Positions 24,474 through 35,731 of a DNA stretch of 64,000 nucleotides are shown here, piece by piece (position 1 is the stretch's first letter; each line of letters starts with the position of its first letter). The stretch is from positions 62,001 through 126,000 of the forward strand of contig JALDZS010000047.1 in the NCBI GenBank assembly GCA_022813965.1. Reading direction: 5' to 3'. This DNA comes from Toensbergia leucococca. Its lineage: Eukaryota. Made by a program: the position numbers and the translations under genes. The notes under the pieces were generated by a model. The model was not told the DNA's origin. It did no database searches and saw only the letters and a list, made by a program, of their open reading frames with translations.

Positions 24474-26492
24474 TTACTGCTCCCCTGGATCAGTAGTCTT
24501 TTCTCTAGGAAGTGGACCCTGCTCCAGGTTGCCATTTGGATTCGATATAGTTGTGAATTCGTCAATGTTCGGCGCCACCCATTTGCTGCTCTCCCAAGGA
24601 GTAACGTGAGTGATGTACATGGTATCAATCTCCTCCAAAGTCCTACCTTGACCCTCCAAAACGAAAAAGTACACAACACCACAAGCTAGAAGATTGCAGG
24701 CCGCAAACACGTAGCCGTAGCGAAAGTCGATATCGCCAATGATAAAGGGCGTGAAGAAAGCAATGAGGAAGTTCCAGAACCAGTTGGATGCCGTGGAAAG
24801 AGCCATTGCCTTGGCTCGATAGCGCGATGGGTAAAGCTCTCCCGCGATTGTCCAAATCATGGGACCCCAGGTAGCCGCATAACCAAAGATAAATAAGCAG
24901 GCGAACACGATGAGGACATATCCGGCCGTGGGCGTGTCTTGCGGCTGCTTATCATTCAGGGAGAAGGAGCCAACCGAGGCGAAGATCATGAAACAAATGA
25001 ACATCCAGATAGAGCCGACTATAAGAGACTTGCGGCGACCGTAGTGCTCTATAACGTATAGACCCTAATTGGATATCGTATCAGCGTCATCTACGAGAAA
25101 ATTACAAGCCTAGACAAGTAACAACTGACATAGAATGTAGACCCAAAGTTTACTCCATTAAGGATCAGCTGCGTGACATAGCTATTACTGATGCCTACGC
25201 TTTGAAAGATGGTGGTGCCGTAATAAAAGAAGTAATTGGCCCCTGTCAATTGTTGCAGCGACTGAGAAACTTCATTAGTAGCCCAAATTTAAGACAGTAG
25301 TCGGCAGAGATAAACTTACTTGCAATCCCATACCGAGAGCTATGCGGTAAGCCATCCTTGGCCCAAAAAACATCAGATAGCCTTCGCGCCAGAACCCATT
25401 GTCGGTTTTTTCTAACTCCAATTTGGCTTTGATCTCTTCAAGCTCGACATGAATACTGTAGTGATTCTCAGAGACGCCATAGATTCTGACCATGGTCTTT
25501 TTGGCTTCGTCGACTTTACCATTTCGGAAATTAAATCGTGGAGTCTCATCGAAAAAAAGGATACCCACACCGAGAATAATGGCCCATAAGAAACCCACAC
25601 CCATGGGGATTCTCCAGGCACCGGAATTGTGCCTGGCCTCTGTACCGAAGTTGATGCAACTTGCTATGAAGATACCCAGTGTTATGAATAGTTGGTATGT
25701 ACTGGTATAGAATTAGCAAGGTGCCAACTGAGTAGAATATTGTAGTTGTAGGTCCCAACTAATTGCATATTTGATCGGATCGTCTGGGACAAGGCTTCTC
25801 TGGCTTACCTGATAAGAGCACCACGAATGTGACGAGGAGCAGTCTCAGCCTGATACATTGGAACTAACAATGATAAAGCGCCGACGCCAAGTCCAGCTAC
25901 CCAACGGCCCATCATGACTTGGTACCATTTATTTTCGGCAGAAATTTGAACAATCATGCCAACCATGAAGATGATACACCAAAAGGTAACGGAACCTTTA
26001 CGGCCGACTCTATCTGCGATTGGCGCTGCTATTAGAGCACCGATCAACGTACCAATGGAGAGCTAGAAAGTGTCAATTCTATCAATTATGAGGGGAACTG
26101 TAGAGTTTGTACTTACCATTGCGACAATAAGGCCAGAACGTACGTTGGAAAAGAAGTATTTGTCAGTTTGCGAATTGTATTGACCGAAACGGAGGAGGAA
26201 ATCCTCCATGGTCAGGAACCCGGAGATCTGGCCTTGAACCTTTGGTCAGTTGGAATTCTTCATGGCCGGGAATACAAGTCAATTTACCGGTATCGTATCC
26301 AAAGATGAAACCGCCCATTGAGACTAGAACCCCCATAACAAAGGACGCGAGTGTTAGTCGTGGAATGGGACTATTGTCGTAGATTCCGTGCATCTTGTCG
26401 GGTCTGGAGGACTCTTCACTGGTCTCTGAAAGACGGCCATCGGCTACGGGTTGGGGCTTTTTCCCATAGGGAAACTTTGAAAGTAAATTCAT
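24474..26492 (-). CDS. MFS sugar porter, HXT-like hexose transporter (6 exons)
   Basis: Motifs [71 protein letters not shown]. Introns at about 26233-26287, 26063-26116, 25702-25808, 25262-25319, 25065-25129. Confidence 0.95.
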
Positions 26493-29400
26493 CTTTACGA
26501 TATGCGGTGACAAACGACCGCAGTAGAGCTACTCGATTGCAGACATTGGAAAAGAATTGAGCTGAGAGCAGAGGTACCATCCATTTATAGTAGGATTTTA
26601 ATGGTGCTTTCAGTATAAGCCGCAAGACATATTCGACGAATACGCGATTGGATTACTTCCAGCGGATGACGACGGATAATACAATATACAAGCCTCATGA
26701 GGCCTTAAAATCATCGATCAATGTCACGCGCTTTGCATAATATAGGAAAAAGGACTGATTAGTCGGGAATGTCATCCTTCGACATGATGTTAGCGGCAAA
26801 TGAGAAGTAACGTAAGAACGCAGGCCACGTTACTTCAGCAATAAGACGAGACGTCAAAAAGGAAATGACATGGAAAGAGAACGATATCACATAGGCATTC
26901 ACGGTATCAACGCTCCACGAGAGCCATGTTCGTTCCAAAGTATCGCGATCGTAAAGCACACCAGAACTTCTTTTCTTGAGGAAGAAACTATTACCATGGA
27001 GTGGATCAACGGTGGTCGTGTCGTCCGAGAGCAAGCATACTGATAAGTTCAATAGCCCACTGAGCACGAAGAGGTACGAGATCTGAGTTCATGGCCGTTT
27101 AATCAGGGAGGCTCAAGAGAGGCTCCGCGAGCATCGCCTCAACGTGGTCACACTTGGAACAGCACGATCACAGACCTATGTTCGCCATTTCGCCATCCAT
27201 CTATGCTGGAGACTGGAATTATCAATGTTAGAAGTAGGCCAAGTTAGTCGTATGTGGCGCCATGTAGGTCTGAGGATCGAAACGAAACGAAAGGGAGGAG
27301 ACTTCGTCCCGCGCTAGAATAAGCCCACCGGAAGTTGATCAATCTTCTTCCGAGATGCGGCTGGGGTACCACGTACTAATTCCTCGATTCGCATTTCAAC
27401 GCTCCTCCACCAGCACTCCATTTTCATGAAATGAATCAGAACCGGCTTCAGTCTTTCATATGGGCAACCCGGAAGCCTCTTCGCAATCCATTCTTTCCTG
27501 ACAGCCACTCGATCGCCGTATTCTCAATCCCTGAGCTGCTCCATCCTCTCCCTTTTAGCAATCATATTTGGCCCAAGGTTTCGACTCCATCCACTGTGCT
27601 CCCAACTGAGGCTTTCTACCCTCATCCCCATTAATGCGATCCATTATCGAATAAATACATTGAAAGAACTGAAGGGCATACGCTAGTGGTGGAAACGATG
27701 ATTTTGAGGTCCAATTGCTAGGTACAATGTTGCGCAGTGGGAGAGAGGAGCAGGATCAAAAGACACGCGCCGGGATTTTGAAACCCGAGAGCCTGTAGCT
27801 GAAGGTAGAAACAACGAAGATCGGCGAAAGCGAAGATTTGGTAACAGGCAGACTACTTCACCCATCGGAAAGACATCCTGAACAAGAGACGTGCAACGAA
27901 GCCGGAAGAAGATCAAATAAACCGATACCCACAAGACGGCCATCTAGACTCGTGAGAAGGCGTATCAGGACCTTCTTAAGGTTTTGATTTGGTTTCTCAT
28001 CCATCCCAAAGATCTTGGCAACAAAATGTCGCGTATCCATCATCCGCTGTGACGGTCAGGAAGGCTGCAGTTTTGTTCTTTACTTCCCACAATATACTAG
28101 TATTATCTTGCCTGTGAGCTTTCTACCTGGACTTTCTTCCCAGAGCTGGTAGTGGAGGTCGGCCTGCAGTGGCTCGTGTATGTTGCTAGGAAGAAGCTGT
28201 CTCACTTCGATGGTATGGTTATAAAGGGTTTTCGGAGGATAGTGAAGAATGCAGAGCCAAGCGCTAGTGGGTGATGTGTGCTGTGGGATGTATGGGTAAA
28301 TCTTTGAGATTGCTGAAGATCCTTACGACAGGCTTGAAAACAAATATGCTTAGCGCTGCTAACCACTATGCCTCCAACATTTACTCAGAATTAGTATCCC
28401 CTCGATGAGCCCTCTTAGACCTGCAACTACTTTCTCTCGCACCATCATGTTGGTAGGTGGAAACATACCGACTAGTATTATCCTCGATCTATGTGGACCC
28501 GCGAACATTACGAAATACATCAATCGATGGTTTCGAGGTAGGCCATTCGATGATAAAAGTCGCTATCAGGCAAGCAATCAGAGATGTATGACCCTCGCCA
28601 TCAAAGGTGCCAGTGTTCACAACAGAGCTGAGAAGCCATGTCTACCGGGACGAGAGGAACCTGGAGCAGGTATAAGCATACAAGGACCTCACGCTAGCAG
28701 AGAGAACAACTCAAACGTAGTTAGATACCACTATGTTTAGCGACAAGAACACGAAAGAAGGAGGAGCTGAGAAGAGGGCAGGGACGCGAATACGAAGAGC
28801 AAAAACTCTTGCCACTGTCTCCGCAGTGTAATAGCCACCAATAAAGTTGTTTCGTGGACGCATCACTACTTGAAATTCTAGACATGAGAAGAAGCAGTCC
28901 TCGGGAGGAAGTCCCTGAGAAAAAGGAAACTCACAAACAATAGTACCAATGTGACAGTGACGGAGATGCGCGGAATAAATCGCAGAAGAACGAAGGATTA
29001 TGACTCAACACAAGTGCGCAGAAGAAAAAGGGCGTCGAGAAGCTAGTAAGTAAATGTGATTCTGATAAAACGGCATAATTAATATCGGCGGCGATAGAGG
29101 GCTCCTTGATACAATTTCCTAGACGAAAGCATTCTTAGACAAGAATTTTCAAAAACTTCCAACCTGCACTGTTTCTAACTAAAGTTTGCTACTGACTACT
29201 GATCGATGACATCTTTTGGCTACTTACCCTCCACTACATTGTTTAGAAGCTTTCGTCGAGTTTTGAACTATGATATGATGTTTGGTTTCTGCAAATTTGT
29301 TTTGGTGCTGGTTTGTCTTTCTTGCGCAATCGATCGCGTACAAACCAGATCACGATCCATGGTGTTCTGATGATCTCTCTTCTCACCTATCATGCAATCT

Positions 29401-29730
29401 TCAACTAGGGATTATCATTGACGTGGCAGATTGTTGAGATACCTCGTGTCAAGCCTCTTTGCTCTTGTATGTTTGATTTTCTTATGTCATGTTTGCTGCT
29501 GCTAATCGAGGTCGTGTCTTGTTGAAGATCGATTGTGCCCATTCTCTTGGGCTAACACTGGCTCGGGATTATAAGTATAAGAGGCTACGCGTTCTCTGAA
29601 CTCTGGAAAGTAGTTGAAATATCACTTCTGTCGCTAGTCCGATACCAGCTAGCTTTATCTGGTTGTACATGATCGAGAAACCTCATCTGCTGTTTCTCAG
29701 GCAATTCGACTCTGGCCTACTCTAATTATC

Positions 29731-30408
29731 ATGCCATCTTTCCCAGTCATGGATGAATCCCTAGACCGGTCCTTACTCACGAGGACTGGAACTTCACTAT
29801 CCCGTGGGTGGCAAACGGGAGTCACCCCGAATGGTAGGAGATCAATCGCGTACCTACCTACTAGCATGAACGATCCGCTACTTCAAACCACGCATCTGAG
29901 GCATCAGCTCTTATCGGGAGCATTGCCTAAAGGCTTCGAATACCGCAAGGACTTCGATAACAATGTGAAAGTGATAGATCACAATGGGATAAAATCTCAG
30001 GAGGTACCTATAGATGCTCTATTTCGGTCGCACCCAGCACATACCACTGTAGTGACCGAATCATGGCAGGAACGGAAACAGAAACCTTATAGGGAGGCGA
30101 AGGCGGTTAGGTTTGAAGAACGTATCCCTTTGGCGGTAAAGGAGCGTGAAGGTTGGAATAAACAAACCCTAAAGGACGTGGATCCGTCTGAAATCAGGGA
30201 GTCTTCGACTACGAAAAAACTGGGATTCAGGACGTATATGCAAAGTCGAGGGCCTACAGGACATACTACGGAGAAACATGAAAAACTGTCAACGAGGAAA
30301 AGGGAACCAGTAACCAAAGAAGTTTACGATGTCGAGAGCGATATTATGAAGACTACAGGGTTAGTGACCAAGAAGAGTCACAAGATATCCGGAAAAAGAG
30401 GAAAATGA
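29731..30408 (+). CDS. Hypothetical protein with two degenerate WW-like segments and a basic C-terminus
   Basis: Intact 225-aa ORF. LSRGWQTGVTPNGR...MNDP and LPKGFEYRKDFDNNVKVIDHNGIKSQEVP resemble the WW consensus LP.GWE.R.D..GR.YF.DHN...T.W..P. Confidence 0.5.
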   Translation: MPSFPVMDESLDRSLLTRTGTSLSRGWQTGVTPNGRRSIAYLPTSMNDPLLQTTHLRHQLLSGALPKGFEYRKDFDNNVKVIDHNGIKSQEVPIDALFRSHPAHTTVVTESWQERKQKPYREAKAVRFEERIPLAVKEREGWNKQTLKDVDPSEIRESSTTKKLGFRTYMQSRGPTGHTTEKHEKLSTRKREPVTKEVYDVESDIMKTTGLVTKKSHKISGKRGK

Positions 30409-33155
30409 ATGATGCAAAGCACCCAATCATCCGGGGAAGGAGAGCAAACATCGGGTAATGGAAGTGACTTCCCGGACGAACGTTCACCCTTGTTTCAGCA
30501 GGCTTTGCACAATTCGTTTTTCATGCGCTAATAGCACGATATTTCGAAACTCGAACACCACAGCAGATGTACGAGTATATGAAGAAGACAGGATGTTCGA
30601 CTTATGCTACGCTAGACTGATGAAACAGATTCGGAGTTTCAAGTGAATGTACGGTCATGAGGATAAATGGGCTAAGCAGCTGTGATGAATTTTCATGTTT
30701 TCTTGTTTTCTTGTTTGATGACCTTCTCCTCACAATAATCTAATGGTTAATTACTTTTCTGATACTTAATTGATGCCGTTTGGTCCCACATCCAAAGATC
30801 TAGTACCCCTATCACTAACTAGTCATCACTTTCATTTTAGTTGTTATGGTATCAAGCATCAATTGGTGTGCGGCTCACATTCTTAGCCGGGGTTTTCTTC
30901 TTTGCCACGACTACCGGCGTTAGGATATCTGAGAGAACGTCATTGAAGACACGAAGTCTGACCTTGGATTCGTTGACTGTAAGTAATCTTGAATGCATCA
31001 TTAGAATCGAATCGAATCTTGACTGAGAGACAATGATCAAACTCCGCAATGCCAATTTCAGAAGATCGTCCTCTGGCCTGATGCAGAGAACGTCAATATA
31101 ATAGATCTGTTGATAAAGAGATGAGTCATTCATACATCATGGTTGAGAGTATTCCTACTGACACTTTGTGAAGAATCTATCAAAACAATTCATTCAGTTC
31201 TGCTCAGTTTACCTATGCACGATTCACAGTGTCTAGGATTACATATTACATTGCAGCAAAGGATCGATACGTTTGACGCATTAATAACCATCCACCAGTA
31301 TCTGACTACCGAAACTTTTACGCATAAGAAGATCACTGTGATTGACTCTGTGGCCTATTCCTTGGCTGCGCTTCAACTATCAGCTTGTAGTCATTCGTTC
31401 ACAGGCTAGAAATCGCCGAGTCGCCGATCGAGGCAATCTAGCAGGAAAAAGAAGCTTCAACTTTCACTTGATCTCATTTTACTGATTTTGTTTTCCCTCT
31501 ATGCGTCGTACGATGCATTCATCTCGTTGCTTTCTTCAATTGTCTTCTTAGATCCCTCCTAGATTACGATGGCTCTCGGCAAGAAATTGGCATATCATAC
31601 GGAGATTGCTTCAGCTTGCGTGGTATCCTAGGCCAAGACTTGAATTTCATGAGTCTCTGCAATGAGGGAGATTCGAACGGGACAATTTGCAGGTTATAGA
31701 GGTGGGTCAAAGACAGCCTTGTTTGATTAAATTCAAGAGAACATACAGCTCTGAAGAATGACCATGGATGGACTTGAGAGGAGTGAAGAGATACGCCCTG
31801 AGAAGCGAAGAACAAATCGTTAAATTTGCCGCTTCTTTTCGTGCCCGCCCAGGAAATAGACGCCCACTTTCGCAAAAAAAGAAAGGACAAGCAACCTTTG
31901 ACTTATGAAAGTTAACAATGATTAGGCTCCGTGCGAAGTCAAAGAAAAAGCTAGTCTTTGACTTCGCCGTAGCTTGATTCTTGCATCCTTTGATCGTACC
32001 TTCTTTCTTTGTTCATCTTCACGATGACTTCTCGATCTTGGCTTCCCGGCCCGTGACTGCGTCTAACTTGTTTCGAAAACCAATCGCTTTGCTCAAGTGG
32101 GCGGCTAAGTCTCTTTTCAGTGTCAATCGTCGGTCATCGTCGCTGCCTTCTGTGACAATCTAAAGAAAAGAATGGAAAGATCATGTCAAACGCTTGGAGA
32201 AGATCTTTGAGAAATTCAAAAAGACGGGGATATCGGTCAGACTGGTCAATGCCTTTATCGGATACCGATATTGGGTACTGATTCCTCAAGCGCCGAGGTC
32301 AAGAATTTCGAAGGGGCGGATATTGAAGAAATGGAATTGAACGAATTCAAGGATGCGAGCGCAGATGCATACTCGAGGACATGGAGAATTCGACTTCGTG
32401 TTGATGACTCTCTGACATGCAGAGAGTTTGGGCGCACAGAATCCTCAACACGAAGCTGGATCTACTACATGCTCGATGATGCATACGAACTCGGATTCTT
32501 GACCGCTGAAAAACTAAATAATTTGGCTGGGCTAATTAAAGCATAGGTAAACACGTGGCACGCCAGCGGTGTAGCGAAGAATGCAGAATGCAGAAGGCAG
32601 AATGCAGAATGCAACTAAGTGTCAGACTGACCGACTAAGGTACCTATGACTAAGGTACCTCCTACCTCCTACCTAATATAGCCTAGCAAACTCGCCTCAG
32701 CCCTTACTATCGCTCATTTCAGTACTAGTAGTACTCTCTGATTGGATGAACCACCTTGTTGTTCTTCATTGAGAAGCTTCGTGCAGCAAAGCTTTCCTGT
32801 AAGAATCTTTGTACATGCACGTGTCTGAAGTGTCTAAAGAACAAACTCTTTCACTTCACAATGGCTATTCGGATGCTTTGTCCATCCCTCTCAAGCTTTG
32901 TGCTAGTCTCCACCATGTCGATAAAGACTAAAGACTTGCCTTTCCCACCAGTATTCTCAAATTTTGCTAAACTGCGTATAAACATAATTGCTGCTTTTCT
33001 TCTGCAAAGCTCTTCTCTCTTCTCTCTTTACCTCTCTTCTCATCCTACATATTCAGAGGCTCTTTTGGTCCATCAGGTCCTGTACAATCATCTGGACAAT
33101 AATAAAGAACAAAGAAAAAGCTTTACTCTCGCCACTTTTGCGCCAAATATTCGAC

Positions 33156-35098
33156 ATGATGTCGACATGGTTCGTGGTCGTTGCGTTGCTCTTCGCATCC
33201 TTTTTCCAGGCCGCCCTTGGTCTGGATAGTACCAGTTCCTTGACGGGGAAAACTTTGAGGATCCTACCATTAGGAGGTAAGTCATAAATCCATACCCCTT
33301 CTCCCACTACTCTTTTCAGTACTAAGCTGACCTGTCTCTAGCCTCAATTACCAATGGTTTCCGAAGTACCGACGGGAATGGCTATCGACTAGACCTGCTG
33401 AACGACCTGACTGGGAACACGGTAACGTACATCGGCTCGCTGAAATCAGGCACCATGACGAACAACGAGAATGAGGGCCACAGCGGAGCAGTCATCAGCC
33501 AGGTTGCCACCTATGCAACCCTGTCCACCCCGGAGCGACCGAATGTCATACTCGTCTTCGCCGGGACCAACGACATGGGCTACCCCGTCGACCCAAACAA
33601 TGCTCCAGCGCGGCTTGGCAAATTGATCGATCAATTGGTTGCAGCATGCCCTGATGCGGCCATTCTCGTGGCAGAGCTTACTCCAGGCGCGGATCCGGTC
33701 ATCCAAGCCCGAATCGCCACGTTCAACGCCGCCATCCCATCTATCGTTCAGGCTCGGGTGAGCGCTGGCAAGCACGTCATGGCGGTCAATATGAGCAGCG
33801 CAATCACGACGGCCGATATTTCGCCCGATGGCGAGCATCCCTCGGACGAAGGCTACAAGAAGATGGCAGACGTTTGGCTTGCTGGTCTGGAACAAGTGAA
33901 TACTATGGGTTGGATCACGGAACCCGTCACAGCTCCCAGCGCATCTGCTTCTGTCGGTAAATCTGCGCCCACCGGCACAGCGACTTCTTCTGTCAGCAAC
34001 AAGGGCACCAAGGCTGGCAAGGCTGGGAGTGGTGGCACTGGATGCCTTCGCAACGTTATTTGGTTCAAGGAAGGCCAGATCGACAACGGCGATAAACTCG
34101 GCGCTAATATGTGGCCTGGATTCGTCTGCACAGACCAGTACATATCTCCCTCTCCCACCCCTCCTAATACCATGAAGTCCACTAACCAGACCCAAAACAG
34201 CTCCCAGAATTCGTGCACTTGCACCCCGGATAACGGCCACTCCTACATCGAACCCCTTAGTGGTCCAAGCTGCGCCGACATGTCCACCCCTCAAGCCTCC
34301 GCCGTTCACTTCGCCGACCTCACCGGTTCAGGCCGCGCCGATTATCTGTGGGTAAGCACCAATGGCTCCGTCCACGCCTTCTACAATCAAGGCGGTCCCA
34401 AGGGAGGCGACGACGCCGTCCAAGTCTCCTGGCAAGACCAAGGCATCATCACCCCTGGCTCCGTTGTCTGCGCCTACCGCTCGCAAATCCAATTTGCCGA
34501 CCTCGACGGCGATGGCCGCGCGGAGTATCTACTTGTTCACCCCAATGGATCTGTTGAGGCTTGGCTTAATCAAGGTTCCAAGGACTCGGCGAACCCCGCT
34601 AAGATTTCTTGGCTCTATCAGGGTCTGATATTTGCAGGTATCGGGGAGAATGGGGCTGGGACTCGCTTTGCGGATCTGGATGGCTCGGGCAAGGCGGATT
34701 ATATCTTTGTCGCGGCCAACGGTTCTCTCACCGCCCTCGCCAACACAGGGCCCAAAGACCCCCAGAATCCGGCCAGAGTCTCCTTCGCTCCTTTCACTGT
34801 CCTCGCTCCCGATGCCGTCGCTACCCGTGATGAGATTGTCTTTGCCGATATCAACGGCGATGGGAGGGCGGATCTGCTCGTTGTTTCGAGGAGTAATGGA
34901 TCCGTGCAGGAGTGGGCGAATCAGATCGATGGGTCTGATGTTGGGTGGGCGGGTATGGGGCTTGTGGCGTCTGGGGTTGGGGATTCGGGGCTTGGGGTGC
35001 AGTTTGCGGATTTGGATGGGGATGGGAGGGCGGATTATTTGGATGTTGATCCGGGGACTTCGGCGGTGAGTGGATGGATGAATGGGTGTGGGGATTGA
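33156..35098 (+). CDS. Secreted SGNH/GDSL hydrolase (CE3-like) fused to FG-GAP/VCBS beta-propeller repeats
   Basis: Signal peptide. Intron 33277-33341 gives LRILPLGASITNG; also EGHSG, FAGTND, DGEHP. Five FADL/I.G.G(R/K)A(D/E) repeats. Probable in-frame intron 34138-34200. Confidence 0.9.
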
Positions 35099-35731
35099 GG
35101 GGTTTCTTTGTGATTTGTCGGTTGTTTGTTGGCGTAGGGGTTGGGGTTTTTGGGGTTTGTGTTTTTCTTTTTTCTCTTTTGGTTTCTTATTCTGTTTAAT
35201 TTTTGGTCTCAGGGGGGTTTTCTTTTCCTTTCTTGCATATATTTGATACCCGCTTTTTTTTTTTTTTTGGGGCGTTGAATTTATGATTGATGAATAAGGT
35301 CTGGAAACAGCATGTCAATTAGTCAAAGGTGTATGTGACAGTCACCTTTACTGATTTGATGCTACTTCTACTGTGACTTTTCTAACTAAATTTTGTTGAA
35401 GAAGTGCTGTGAGAGTGACAAATTCAATATTTTTAAATATGTGCTGTATGTAAAGATGACTCAGAAGAGATATATTTATTTAGTTTGTTTGAGTATTCTT
35501 TTGTGTTTGATAATGTTATCTGTTATCATGCTCAAATATTCTCATGTTCTACCTGCCTTCTGTCAAGCTCACTGATCCCCCTTGAGCTGCTAGAATCATA
35601 AGGAAAGCCTTTAAGCCCTTTTGGGTTAGCGCGTTCTGCTTATGACGGACCGAAGTCCCTCTCTTTACTCGTCACCTCGTACATCAGAAGCTCTTCTCGT
35701 TGCCTGTGTGAAGGCCATTTTCACTTTCACC

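Noticed and set aside
27300..29100. Short ORFs upstream of the second sugar transporter
   Set aside because: Fragmentary and stop-ridden with no recognisable domain; possibly relics but not assignable.
30800..32550. Short ORFs including the 91-aa acidic ORF at 32271
   Set aside because: No credible ATG start or family motif; probably decayed sequence.
33446..34309. 287-aa minus-strand ORF
   Set aside because: Antisense shadow of the GC-rich SGNH gene, with no recognisable motif.
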